In this document: one piece after another, positions 30,427-41,935 of the stretch | How positions within the stretch are numbered: position 1 is the stretch's first letter | Layout: every line of letters starts with the position of its first letter | Source of the DNA: an uncultured Planctomycetota bacterium | GTDB taxonomy: Bacteria > Planctomycetota > Planctomycetia > Gemmatales > Gemmataceae | NCBI GenBank assembly: GCA_963849325.1 | Contig: CAWKHF010000008.1 | Location: 1 to 64,000, forward strand | Direction: 5' to 3' | Length of the DNA: 64,000 nucleotides | The notes under the pieces: generated by a model | The model's database searches: none | Seen by the model: only the letters and a program-made list of their open reading frames with translations | What the model was told of the DNA's origin: nothing | Translations under genes and position numbers: made by a program

Positions 30427-32887
30427 ATGTACGCGTCCTCGCGCCTTTTGTCGCTGCTCTTGCTTTCCCTTGGCTGCACGTCGCTGGCGGCCGAGCCGGC
30501 TCGCGATCGCTTTGGCGATCCGCTGCCCGACGGCGCCGTCGCCCGCCTGGGCAGTCTGCGTCTGCGCAACGAGTACCCCATCCTCCACGGCGCCTTCTCC
30601 GCGGACGGCAAGACGCTGATCGTCTGCGATAGCAATGGCCTCAGCGTTTGGGATCCGGCCACCGGCAAGGCGGTGCGGCGCGTGGCGATCCAAAATGTCG
30701 TCGCCGTGAGGCACCGGCGTTTTAGCGCCGACGGCCAAACGCTGATCCAGAGCGGCTACGATAACGTCCTCCGCTTCCTGGATACCGCCACCGGCGCCGA
30801 GCGGCACACGTTCAACCATGCGTCGCACGGCCCCATCCAGGCGCTGGACGTGTCGCGCGACGGCAAGAGGCTGGTTGCCATTCATCAGGCGTCGATCGCT
30901 CTCTGGGACGTGCCGAGCGGGAAACTCCTGCATGAGTTCAAGGGACCGCGAATCGTGCCGCTGTCGCCCTATGGACTCGTGGCCCTGACGCCGGACGGCA
31001 AACAGCTGGTCTTGCCGCACTCGGATGGTTCGCTGCACCTGATAGATACCGCATCCGGCAAGGAGGTTGTAACCTTCGAGATGCCGCCGAATCGGCCCGG
31101 TGTCCCGGCGTCTCTCCGCGTGCAGCGCCTGGCCCTGTCCCCGGACGGCCGTTACCTGGCCTATGGCGGCGGGAGCAGTCCCCTCACCGTATGCGAACTG
31201 AATACCGGCAAGCGTGTGCGCGAGCTGACACGGAGCGCAGGCCTTCTTGCGGGCCTGGCCTTCACCCCCAACGGCCGCTTTCTCGCCGTGGAAGACTACA
31301 CGGGAATGCATCTGTTCGGCGTCCTCTCCGGCAAAGAAATCCGCAAGCTGTCCCGACCGCCCGGCGCGAGCCGTACGCTGATCTTTTCTCCCGACGGCCG
31401 AACGCTGGCCGCGCTCGGAGGCGGCCACACGATCGACCTGTGGGACGTGGCCGACGACCGCCAGCCCTATCCGCCCATTGGCCATCCGTCATTGCTCCAA
31501 ACGCTGGTCTTTTTCCCCGACGGCAAACGCCTGGTCGCCACCGATGGCAGCGGCGGAATGATCGTATGGGACATCGCCTCGGGCCGCGACCTCGCCCACC
31601 TGCGGAACGGCAGCCCTTCTCTGTTTCCCGTGGTGGACGAGGACGGCGAGCGCTTGCGCTTTCTCAGTTCCACGACCGTTTTTCGCTGGGATCCGCTTAC
31701 GGGCCGCCAAGTGGGGCAGACGTTCCTCGCCGGACAGGCCCTGAACGCGCTGGCCCTGTCGCCGGACGGCCGCAGCGTGGCCTCGATGACCTTCCAGCCC
31801 ACACCACCCAGGCGACAATTGCACCTGTCCGACCTCCAGGACGGCAAGGCGAGGCGACTGCCGGGACTGCCGGAGCAGGCGTGGGTATCGCAGGTCGTCT
31901 TCGCGTCGGACAGCCGGCGCCTGGCGGCGGCTTCCAGCGATGGCGGCCTGCACGTGTGGGACCGCGACACAGGCCAACTCGTGCGCCAGTGGAAAGCGGA
32001 CATGCCGGGGCGTCGATCGGGACAGCTGGCCTTCGCCGCCGATGGCCGCAGTCTCGCCGATTTCGACGGCGTGATTCGCCTCCGCGAGATCGCCAGCGGC
32101 GGCTCGCGCCTGCAAATCGCCGTACCCGCCGGCCTGCTCTCCCTGGCGTATTCGCCGGATGGTCGCTTCCTGGCCTGTGGGCAGGGCGATGGCATGGTCC
32201 GCATCTATGGCGCCGTCACCGGCAAGGAGTTGGCGCAATGGCAGGGAAAGCAGGGCGGCATCCGTGCCCTGGCTTTCCGCCGCGACGGCCACTTGCTGGC
32301 CTCCGGCGGCGAAAATGGCACCATCCTCATCTGGAATGTGCCCGCCGGCGAGGATGTGCCGGCGACGCGGACGGCGGAACAGGCCGATGACCCTGTGGCA
32401 GACGCTGGCCAACCCCGACGCCGTCCCCAGCGGCCGCGCCCTCGCCGAACTGGTCGCCGCCCCGGCGCAGGCCGTACCGCTCATCCGCGAACGCTTTCGC
32501 GGCACCCGTCAGCGGCCGGAGCCGGAACAACTGGCGAAACTCCTCGCCGAGTTGGATGACGACTCCTTCAAGGTCCGCGAGCGCGCCATGCGCGAACTGC
32601 TCGCCGCCGGCGCGGACGCCGCCGACGCCCTCCGCAAAGCGCTGGCCAACGACCCCTCCACGGAGGCGCGGCGGCGCATCGAGAGTTTGTTGAATCGACT
32701 GGACAAGGGCGGCGACCCGGAGCATTTGCGGGCGCTGCGGGCCATCGAGGTGCTGGAGCGCATCGGCACGCCGCAAGCAAGGGACGTGTTGCGCCAGTTG
32801 GCCCGCAAGCCGCTGCCGACGGACCTCGACAACGAGGTCCACGCCAGCTTGCGCCGGCTGGAGCCGCGACGCGAACCACTCCCCTAA
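30427..32887 (+). CDS. Secreted WD40 double-propeller protein with C-terminal HEAT-like domain (frameshift ~32385)
   Basis: DRFGDPLPDGAVARLGS cap; SPDG repeats; LDDDSFKVRE..RAIEVLERIG tail. Confidence 0.9.
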
Positions 32888-32899
32888 CGGAAGACCGAC

Positions 32900-35473
32900 A
32901 TGATCTCGTCTTCTCGATCTCTGTCCCTCGCCGCGCTGCTGGCGCTGTGCGGGGCGGTGGCCGCCGAGCCGGCGCGCGACCGCTTCGGCGATCCACTGCC
33001 GGAGGGGGCCATCGCTCGCCTGGGCAGTCTGGGACTTCGACACAATAGTTCTGTCTCTGTCGTTGGTTTCTCCCCGGATGGCAGGATCTTGGCCGCTTAC
33101 GATGGGGGTAGTCATCTCGTCTACTGGGATACGACCCGTGGACGCGAAGTACGGCGAGTCCCGGTCAACCTCCACGGTTTGCTGAAATACGTTCGCTTTT
33201 CTCCTGACGGCAAGTCGCTGATTCTGTTCGACGATTCCAGCAACTTTCGCGTCATCGATGCCCTCACCGGCGCCGAGCGGCGCAAGGTGGAGTTGTCCAA
33301 GCAGGGATACCCCTACATGGACCTTCGCGCCGTTGCTGTTTCGCGGGACGGGAATGCGGCGGTCACACTCTACGCGGAGGGAGCGATGATCGTCTGGGAC
33401 CTGGCTAAAGGCAAGCGTCTCGGCGAGTATAAAACGCAAACAGAGATCGAGAGATTTTCCTCCCATCCGATCGCCCTGACGCCGGACGGCAAACAATTGG
33501 TGTTGCCCCACAAGGACGGCTCTCTTCATCTTCTGGATGCGGCATCCGGCAAGGAAGTGCTCGCTTTCGAGATGCCGTCCCATCGCCCGGAAAAGCCACA
33601 AAAAGGCTATCCGATCGTCACGGTTTCTCCGAACGGGCGTTACCTTGCCTACGGCGGCTCATCCAACCGCGCCGGCAGTGACCCATCTCATTTCGTCACG
33701 CTCTGTGACCTAAAGACGGGGAAGCGTTTGCGTGAGTTGTCGTCGAAGGAGAACATCCACCAGTGGGTCTTCACGCCCGATAATCGTTCGCTCGCGGTTT
33801 CCGATGCCGAAACCATTCGCTTTTTCGACGTTTCTTCCGGCAAGGAGACAAAAACCCTCCGCAAACCACGGGGTGGTGGACTGGTTTTTTCGCTCGATGG
33901 TCGAAAGATGGCCACTGCCTGGGGCACCTGCATCCACTTGTGGGATGCCGAGGCCGGTCGGCCCCTGCACTCTCTCATCGGTCATGACTGGTTTATCCGG
34001 ACGATCCATTTTTTCCCGGACGGCAAACGGCTGGTCTCCAATACCAGCGCGGAGATGATCGTTTGGGACGTCGCTGGGAGCCGACCTCTCGCCATTCACC
34101 GAACCGGGCAACTCCAGCAATGGATTTCGGTCCCGGCGGAGGGCGATACCGTCCGATTTCTCGACTGGAAACCGAGGCCGTCGCCAAGGAGAAGGAAGGA
34201 GCGTAGACTTAACGAAAAAGGACTGGAAGAGGGAGAGGAACCCCGACCTTCGGGGATGGAAATTCAGCAAATCTATCGCTGGGACTTGGCCACGGATCGA
34301 AAGGAGCAACAAACCGTCTTTTCGACTCCGGCGGCGTGCGATTGGTTCGCTCTGTCGCCGGATGGTCAGCGCATGGCCACCGTGACACTCCGCGCCGAGC
34401 CGAAGGTTTCTCTGGGCGACGTGAAGGGCGGCAAGCCCGCGGTGTCGGCAGCGCTGCCGGACAGTAGTCGAGTGATCGAAGTCGTGTTCGCGCCGGCCGG
34501 CCGGCGGCTCTTCGTCCGATCGTGGTATGGCGCCGTGCGCGTGTTAGATGGCGCTACAGGCCAACGGGTGCGCGATTTGAAGCCCGATACGTCGGGGCGA
34601 CGAATAGCCTCGACGCCGGCTTTCGCTCCCGACGGGCGCAGCGTTGTCTTGAACGATGGCCGACTGTGCATCCGGGAGATAGCCAGCGGCAAAGATCGCC
34701 TTCAGATCTCTCCGTCGAGTCAAACCGATGATCTGACCTTCTCGCCGAACGGGCGCTACCTGGCCTGGAACTCTCACAATGGCAACGATGGTAGCACTCG
34801 TGTCCTCAGCACGGCGACGGGCAAGCTGCTGGCGCGCTGGAAGGGAAATCAAGGCACCGCTACCGCCTTGGCCTTCAGCCCCGACAGCCGATTGTTGGCG
34901 ACCGGCGGCTATAATGGGACTATTTTACTCTGGAAAATCACCGAAGACGACGGATTGTCGGCTACCCTCACCAAGGAAGAAGCGGTCGCCTTGTGGCAAG
35001 GGCTAGCCGATGACGACGCCGCTCGTGCTCATCGTGCCCTCGCTGGACTTGCCGCCGCGCCGGAGCAGGCGGTCCCGCTCATCAAGGAACGATTTCCCAC
35101 CGCATGGAAGAAGCCAGATGCCAAGCAACTGATGCGGTGGATCGCCGAGTTGGATGACGATTCCTTCAAGGTCCGCGAGCAGGCCACACGCGAACTGCTC
35201 GCCGCCGGCACGGATGCCGCCGACGCGCTCCGCAAAGCATTGGCCCATAATCCCTCCACGGAGGAACGGCGGCGCATGGAAGTTCTGTTGCATCGTCTGG
35301 ACCAGGGCGGCGGCCCGGAGCACCTGCGGGCGCTGCGGGCCATCGAAGTGCTGGAGCGCATCGGCACGCCGCCAGCGAAAGACGTGCTGCGCCAGTTGTC
35401 CCGTAAGCCGCTGCCGACGGACCTCGACGACGAGATCCACGCCAGTCTGCGGCGGCTGGACGAGGGCCGGTGA
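32900..35473 (+). CDS. Tandem paralog: secreted WD40 protein with HEAT-like tail
   Basis: Same cap and tail motifs as the 30427 gene; intact 857-aa ORF. Confidence 0.92.
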   Translation: MISSSRSLSLAALLALCGAVAAEPARDRFGDPLPEGAIARLGSLGLRHNSSVSVVGFSPDGRILAAYDGGSHLVYWDTTRGREVRRVPVNLHGLLKYVRFSPDGKSLILFDDSSNFRVIDALTGAERRKVELSKQGYPYMDLRAVAVSRDGNAAVTLYAEGAMIVWDLAKGKRLGEYKTQTEIERFSSHPIALTPDGKQLVLPHKDGSLHLLDAASGKEVLAFEMPSHRPEKPQKGYPIVTVSPNGRYLAYGGSSNRAGSDPSHFVTLCDLKTGKRLRELSSKENIHQWVFTPDNRSLAVSDAETIRFFDVSSGKETKTLRKPRGGGLVFSLDGRKMATAWGTCIHLWDAEAGRPLHSLIGHDWFIRTIHFFPDGKRLVSNTSAEMIVWDVAGSRPLAIHRTGQLQQWISVPAEGDTVRFLDWKPRPSPRRRKERRLNEKGLEEGEEPRPSGMEIQQIYRWDLATDRKEQQTVFSTPAACDWFALSPDGQRMATVTLRAEPKVSLGDVKGGKPAVSAALPDSSRVIEVVFAPAGRRLFVRSWYGAVRVLDGATGQRVRDLKPDTSGRRIASTPAFAPDGRSVVLNDGRLCIREIASGKDRLQISPSSQTDDLTFSPNGRYLAWNSHNGNDGSTRVLSTATGKLLARWKGNQGTATALAFSPDSRLLATGGYNGTILLWKITEDDGLSATLTKEEAVALWQGLADDDAARAHRALAGLAAAPEQAVPLIKERFPTAWKKPDAKQLMRWIAELDDDSFKVREQATRELLAAGTDAADALRKALAHNPSTEERRRMEVLLHRLDQGGGPEHLRALRAIEVLERIGTPPAKDVLRQLSRKPLPTDLDDEIHASLRRLDEGR

Positions 35474-35623
35474 GGGCGGTGCTCTGCTCGCGCGGTCGGC
35501 CGTCGTCTCCGCCGCCCGAAAACTTCCGAATTGCCTTTCAGTGCCGTCCGGTTAAACTGGATCGGTTAATGAAGCTGGGGATTCGTGAGAAACCCAGGAT
35601 CCCATCGCCCGAGTATCACGCCC

Positions 35624-37597
35624 ATGAACTCACCTTTTTCCTCCACCGATGTCGTCGCCGCCCGCGATGCCTTCGCGCGCGCCTGGAAGGCCGGCTCGCG
35701 CCCGCGCATCGAGGATTACTTGCCGCGCCAAGACGGACCGGACCGCGAGGCCCTGGTCCGCGAGTTGATCGCCCTCGACATCCGGCAACGGCAGAACCTT
35801 GGCGACCGGCCGTCGGCGGAAGACTATGGCCGGCGCTTCCCCGATCAGGCGGAGTGGCTGGGACGCGAGATGGCCGCCCTGCTCGAATCGGCCAATCTCT
35901 CGCAGAACCCGACGACCCCCTATGGGGCGTCTTCGCCGGCCCGGCGCGAGGAAGGAACGCCCACCGCTTCCGACTCGCCGCCGACTGTCGGCCGCTATCG
36001 ACTGGAGGCGCGGTTGGGACGAGGAGGGTTCGGCGAAGTGTGGCGCGGCTTCGATCCCGAACTGCGCCGCGCCGTGGCGGTCAAGCTGCCCCGCCTGGAC
36101 CATCCCTCCGCCCAGGCGGCGCGGGAGCTGTTCCTGGCCGAGGCCCGCAAAGTGGCCGCTCTGGACCTGCCCGGTATCGTGCCCGTCTACGATGTCGGCT
36201 GGCAGGGCGAGCGCGGCTACATCGTTTCCAAGTACATCGACGGCGGTTCGCTGGCCGACCTCCTGAAGCAGCGGCGCCTGACGCCGGCGGAGTCGGCTCG
36301 TCTGGTGGCCGACGTGGCCGCCGCCCTGCATCAGGCCCATTTGCGCAACATCGTCCATCGCGACCTCAAACCCGACAACATTCTCCTCGACCGCCAAGGC
36401 ACTCCCTACGTCGCCGATTTCGGACTCGCCGTCAGCGAGGAGGAGCAGCTGCGCGAACCGCGCGGAGCGGCCGGCACCTTCGCCTACATGTCTCCCGAGC
36501 AGGTCGAGGGACGCAGTCATCACCTGGACGCTCGCTCCGACGTGTACAGCCTGGGCGTTGTCCTCTATCAATTGCTGACCGCCCGACTGCCGTTCCTGGC
36601 CCACGTTCCGCATGAATACGCGGAACAGATCCGGACCCGCGAGCCGCGACCACCGCGGACCATCGACGATACCATTCCGCCCGAACTGGAGCGGATTTGC
36701 CTCAAATGCCTGGCCAAGTCGGTCTCCGGCCGGTACTCCACGGCGGCGGACCTGGCCGCCGACTTGCGGGCGTTTGGCCGCGAAGGCGCGCTGCCGAAGC
36801 GATGGCGTCATCTCGTCGCCGGAGCGGCCCTCGTTGCCGCGCTGGCGATGGCTGTGCTCGTCGCCTGGCGCCTCGGACGCCCCGGCGGCCAAGCGAACGA
36901 CAAGGGAGAAGACGGAGGGCGATCGGCCGAGCCGGAAGTTCACTCCCGCGTCCCCGGCTTCCCGCCCAGCTGGCGGCAGCGTTTGGGGCAGGAACCCGAG
37001 GAGTTGATCTGGCCCGGCTATCGAGGGACGAGCAGTTATGACTATGACATGGAGATAAGGGCGTTGCGCCTCAGCACCGATTCGCTCCGCCTCATCAAGC
37101 TGGGAGAGTTGCCGGACAAGCCCTATACCGTATCGGTGGCGCTGCGGCAGATGATCTGGGGAGGCTCCGCAGGGATCTTCCTGGGCTACCGCGTCGAGAT
37201 CTTCAAGGGGCGGCCCCGTGCCTGCTTCCAATCGCTGTTCCTGGCCAAGAAGCACACCGGCCCGGCGGGCCCCATCGTTCTGGCCGTGTACCGCACCCTC
37301 TGCGCGATCGACTCGTCCGAAGGTTTGGCCGTCACGCGGAAAGACCTGGGCCATGACCAGGTTCCCTGGCCGGCCGCCGGTGTCCTCCCGCGCCTCGAAC
37401 TCCAGATCGAGGGGGGGAAGCTGGTCTCGGCGCGCTGGGGCGGCCAGGAACTGCCGGGGATAACGAGGAAGGTCAACAACGATCGGACGACGCGCGAAGA
37501 GTACGTCGGTCCCTGGGGGATTACCGACCAGTGGGAAACCACGTGGTTCCGCGACCCCAGCGCGATCGTCCATCTCGAAAAAGGAGATCCGAAATGA
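35624..37597 (+). CDS. Membrane Ser/Thr protein kinase
   Basis: N-terminal AW..G.RPRIEDYL domain; LGRGGFGEVW, HRDLKPDN, DFG, GTFAYMSPE; TM; extracytoplasmic beta domain. Confidence 0.93.
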   Translation: MNSPFSSTDVVAARDAFARAWKAGSRPRIEDYLPRQDGPDREALVRELIALDIRQRQNLGDRPSAEDYGRRFPDQAEWLGREMAALLESANLSQNPTTPYGASSPARREEGTPTASDSPPTVGRYRLEARLGRGGFGEVWRGFDPELRRAVAVKLPRLDHPSAQAARELFLAEARKVAALDLPGIVPVYDVGWQGERGYIVSKYIDGGSLADLLKQRRLTPAESARLVADVAAALHQAHLRNIVHRDLKPDNILLDRQGTPYVADFGLAVSEEEQLREPRGAAGTFAYMSPEQVEGRSHHLDARSDVYSLGVVLYQLLTARLPFLAHVPHEYAEQIRTREPRPPRTIDDTIPPELERICLKCLAKSVSGRYSTAADLAADLRAFGREGALPKRWRHLVAGAALVAALAMAVLVAWRLGRPGGQANDKGEDGGRSAEPEVHSRVPGFPPSWRQRLGQEPEELIWPGYRGTSSYDYDMEIRALRLSTDSLRLIKLGELPDKPYTVSVALRQMIWGGSAGIFLGYRVEIFKGRPRACFQSLFLAKKHTGPAGPIVLAVYRTLCAIDSSEGLAVTRKDLGHDQVPWPAAGVLPRLELQIEGGKLVSARWGGQELPGITRKVNNDRTTREEYVGPWGITDQWETTWFRDPSAIVHLEKGDPK

Positions 37598-38400
37598 GGC
37601 CGTCCTCGCCCCACCACCCCAAAGTACACAGCCTGCCCGCGGTCGTGATCTACCAACCTCCTCCTCCGGGCAGCAGCGGCCCCTTGCCCTACCCCATCGG
37701 CGATCCGAATGGTTGTACCATCTCCGCCAACGGTGCGGTGGTGGATCCGCACGCCACCGAGATCACGTCGGTGGTCGGCTGGGTGAACGACGAAGACTTC
37801 GCCGAGGAGGGCGACTGGGACGGCCTGGACTGGAGCGTCACCGCGGGCAAAGCCACATCCGGGGCCGTCAATACCTTCACCGTCGAGGTCACCTACAACC
37901 GGGACGATGGCACGAGCACGACGCAATCGGCCTCGGTCGACTTCCGTGCCACGGGTTTTTCCGGCAGCTGCTCGGGCAGCTCGTTGCACGCGGGCCATCG
38001 CCGGCCGATTGCTCGCCTCATGCCACGTTATTACAAGCTCCTGGTAGACGTTCACTCCCTGCCCCCGTCGGCGCAGGGCGAAAGCCTGCTGCTGGGCGGA
38101 TTGCTCGGTCGAACGCCCGTCTACCTGGCGTATGACGTGGCCCTGTCCACGCCGACGGAGCCGGTCTGGCGCGACATCAACCTGCCGTCCTCGGCGGGGC
38201 AATGGACGTTGCGCGTCCGGGCGTCGGGCTGTGGCCTCGCTGGCGAACTCGTGCTGCAACGGCTTACGGAGACCGAGGTGTTGCCGCCGCTGATCTTCCG
38301 CTGTGCGTCGTGGTCGTTCACGAGGCTCAATTTCCTGGCCCCGGACACCGCGCGGACGGGGGCAGGGCCGGCCGTGGCCGTGGTGGCGGAGCCGGCATGA
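37594..38400 (+). CDS. Hypothetical protein (Pro/Ser/Thr-rich, beta-sandwich-like N-terminal half)
   Basis: AAGGAG RBS; ATGA overlaps at both ends. Confidence 0.7.
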   Translation: MRPSSPHHPKVHSLPAVVIYQPPPPGSSGPLPYPIGDPNGCTISANGAVVDPHATEITSVVGWVNDEDFAEEGDWDGLDWSVTAGKATSGAVNTFTVEVTYNRDDGTSTTQSASVDFRATGFSGSCSGSSLHAGHRRPIARLMPRYYKLLVDVHSLPPSAQGESLLLGGLLGRTPVYLAYDVALSTPTEPVWRDINLPSSAGQWTLRVRASGCGLAGELVLQRLTETEVLPPLIFRCASWSFTRLNFLAPDTARTGAGPAVAVVAEPA

Positions 38401-40827
38401 ACACGCTCGCCCTGCCCATTTGTCGTCATCGCGGCGAGCAGTTCACTCCGGGCCAATGGGTCTGCTCGTCGCCGCGGCTGGTGATCCCCGGCGGCATCGT
38501 CACGGCGGAGGTGTGCCGGCACGAGTGCCCCTACGCCGACCACGACGACGACCTTCCGCCCGGCTGCCTGCCGTCCGACGCCGCCGAGGAGACGGCGCAG
38601 GCGGCGACCCCCCTTGCCGTCGCCGCCGACCCCGAATCGATCGCCGTCGCCATGATTACGGCGCCGCGGCCGGTGCCGACCGTCGAGCGCAGCTTGCACG
38701 AATTGCGCCGCGCCGGCTTCGCGCAGACGATTTGTGTCTTCGAGGAGCCGGGCACCGACCTGGCGCTGCGGCCGGGAGTCCGTCTCTTTTCCAACGCCGA
38801 GCGTCTCGGCCCGTGGCCCAACTGGCGACGAGCGGCCGCGTCTCTGCTGGAGTTGACGGACACTCCCTTCCTCCTCATCTGCGAGGATGACATTTGCCTG
38901 CGGCCGGACGCCGCCCTGGGACTGCTGTACGCCGTGCAGACCCTGCCTCGGGACGATTGGGGCTACGTCTCGCTGTATACGCCCTGGCACAATGTTCGCG
39001 GGCAGACGTTGGTTTCCGGCTGGCAGGCGCTGCCGGTGGGCGACAACGGCTGGGGAGCGCTGGCCTACTGCTTCACGCGCGATTCGCTGCAAGCGCTCCT
39101 GACGTTTACCGCGCCGTTGGCGGCGTGCGCCGAGGGCCACACGGATTTGTTCGTCTCCTCGGCGCTGGGCCAGCTGGGACGGTCGTGTTACTTTCACGTG
39201 CCCAGCCTGGGCGACCACACCGGCGAGGGCATCTCCAGCCTGGGACATCGCCATCTCCCCGAGATGGCGGCGGTCGATTATCAGCCGAATGCCCATGCCT
39301 ACGTGCGCGATCTCGCGCCGCCTCGGACGGTCGAACGGCCAGCTTCTCTCCCGCGGGTCGGACAGATTTCGGTATCGGGAGCGTCCGTGGCGGTCATCGT
39401 TCCCACCTACAATTGTGCGGCCTACCTCGGCGATTGCGTGCGCAGCCTACGGCGACAAACGGTCCCCTGCGAGATCGTGGTCGTGGACGACGGCAGCACG
39501 GATGAGACCGCCGGCGTCCTGGCCGAACTGGGCGGCGCGGTGCGCGTGCTCCACCACGAGCGGAACGAGGGGGCCAACGCGGCGCGGAATACGGGCCTGC
39601 GGGCCACGGACTCGGACTGGGTGGTCCTGGCCGACGCCGACGCCGTTTACGCCCCTCATTTCCTGGAGACCTTGCTGGATCGGGCCGCCGCCGGGGTATC
39701 GCTGGTCTATGGGCCGTACCAGCTGCAAGACGCTGCCTCCGGGACCGTCACGCGCATCCCCGCCCAGCCGTGGGATGCCGAAGCGCTGTGGTGGTCGAAT
39801 TACATTTCCATGTGTTCACTCATCCGCCGGGAGGCGCTGCCGGCCCAATTGCCGTCGCAAGACCACTTCGACGATTGGGCGCTGTGGCTGGACCTGGCCG
39901 AGCGCGGCCACCGGGGGGCGCGCGTCGCCGAGGTGACGTTCACGGCCTTTTTGCGCCGCGACGGCAAAACGTCCCGGTTACGCAACGATCCGCACGTCCT
40001 GCGAAGGGAGGTCGCCCATTATCGCCGGAAATACGCACACTTGATCGCGGCCGTGGAACCGATTGCCGTGGTCATCCCCGCGCGGGAGTGCCTCGACCTG
40101 ACGTTGCGCTGCCTCGACCATCTGAGTTGGTATGCCGGACTGCCGGTCGAGGTGATCTATGTGGACAACGGCAGTCCGGTTTCTGTTCCCGCCGCGGTCG
40201 AGGCAGCGGCCGCGCGGCTGGGCCTACCGTTCACGGTCCTGCGCAACGACAGCCGCGCCCAGTTCACGCAGGCCGTCAACCAGGGCATCCGGCTGGCCGA
40301 TGGCCGGCACGTCCTGGTGCTGAACAACGATTGCTTTGTCGGCCCGGATTGCCTGGAGCGGCTGTACTGGCACCTGACGCGCAGTCCGCACCGAGTCGGC
40401 GCCGTCGGTCCCTTGACCGGAGACGGCGAAAACCAATCGTTGCGACACGCCGCGCGTCGGTTCCAGGCGGGGATCGCCCCGGACCTGGAACTGGATTACC
40501 AGGATGCGCTCGCCGGCGCAAGTGCTGCACGGCCCCTTTCGCTGCATCGACACGCCGATGCTGGCCTTCTTTTGCACTCTGCTCCACCGCGACGCCCTGC
40601 GCCAGTGCGGCCCCCTGGACGAAACGACGTCCGCCTTCGCCGCCGGGTTGGGCGCCGACGACGAATGGTGCTGGCGCGTCTGGCGTCGGGGCTGGGCCTT
40701 GAAGCTCGCCCTGGACGCCTACGCCGTCCATCTCGGCAGTCAGACCTTCCGGCGCCTGGGCATCGATCGCCCCGCCCTGTCTCGGGTGGCCCTGGACGAG
40801 CTGGGGAGGATGTGCCGGGAGGACTGA
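38397..40827 (+). CDS. Multi-domain glycosyltransferase: Cys-rich N-terminus plus three GT-A domains (frameshift ~40520)
   Basis: Domain 1 MITAPR..LICEDD..VPSL.DH; domain 2 IVPTYN..VDDGSTD..AARN..DAD; domain 3 VIPA..VDNGS..AVNQG..LNND..DDEWCWR. Confidence 0.85.
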
Positions 40828-40831
40828 GGAC

Positions 40832-41583
40832 GTGATCCACGTCTACACGGTCTGCTGGAACGAGGAGCGCATTCTGCCCTATTTTCTGCGCCACTACGGC
40901 CGCTTCGCCGAGCGCATCATCGTTTACGACAATTATTCCACGGACGGTTCTCGGCAGGATTCTCGCCTCCGATCCTGCGCACCGAGGTCCGAGCGTTCGG
41001 CGTTCCGGAGGGACCGTGGAGCGAATGGAGCCGGGTGTCCTGGAGACGCCATGCGTGGAAGGAGAGCCGCGGCCGGTGTCACTGGGTCATCGTGGTTGAC
41101 TGCGATGAATTGCTCTGGCATCCCCACCTGGGGGACTATCTGAACGCTTGCCGCAAGCGGGGCATCACGATCCCCAAGCCTCAAGGCTACGAGATGGTAT
41201 CCGAGACCTTCCCCGTGGGTGCGGGGCAGATTTACGACACGGTGACGAGAGGTTCCCCTTTTTCCCGGCTGAGCAAATGCGTGGTCTTTGACCCCGAGGC
41301 CATCGAGGAGATCGACTACGAACCGGGTGCGCACGCGGCGCACCCGCGCGGCCGGGTCGTAAGGGACGAGCCTCCGGCCCTGAAACTGCTGCACTTCAAG
41401 CACCTGGGTCTGCCGTACCTCCTGCGGCGCTATCATCAACTCGCGGATCGGCTGACCGACCTGGACCGCCGGATGAATTGGGGGCATCATTACGGACAAT
41501 CGGAGGAGCATATTCGGACGAACTTTGATGCCTTGCTCCAATGCGCGCGGCCGGTTCGTTGCCTATCCGAGCCGGAAGCGTGA
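40832..41583 (+). CDS. GT2-like glycosyltransferase (frameshifts ~40960-41040)
   Basis: WNEERILPYFLRHY, YDNYSTDGS, WVIVVDCDE, LLHFKHLG. Confidence 0.85.
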
Positions 41584-41625
41584 GTGAGGGGAGACGTTCT
41601 CCCGCGCTTACACTTCCGGCTCGGA
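41566..41625. repeat. REP palindrome variant supplying the stop codon of the GT2 gene
   Basis: TCCGAGCCGGAAGCG...CACTTCCGGCTCGGA. Confidence 0.8.
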
Positions 41626-41726
41626 CCAATTATTTTGGAAAAAATGGTACTGCGCCGAGCGGTCGGCGGGCAATAAGAAGGGGAGGACAAGGCGGTTGCG
41701 TGCGTGGATTCTGGAAGCGTTGGGTT

Positions 41727-41887
41727 TGTTTCGTTAGCCCAGCCCTTCAGGGCTGGGAAGAGGGGCGGGACGAAACGGCTTCGGGGCTTTAGCCCCTCCG
41801 GCATGGAGGCGCGGCGGAGGGCCTAAAGGCCCCATTCTCTCTCTTTCCCCGCATTCCCCAGCCCTGAAGGGCTGGGCTAACGAAACA
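41727..41887. mobile_element. REPIN/MITE-like non-autonomous element
   Basis: 31-bp perfect terminal IR TGTTTCGTTAGCCCAGCCCTTCAGGGCTGGG plus an internal IR (GGGGCTTTAGCCCC...). Confidence 0.75.
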
Positions 41888-41935
41888 GACCATACCAGAA
41901 GCCATTCGTGCGCCCGGGTTACGGAATCCCACGCC

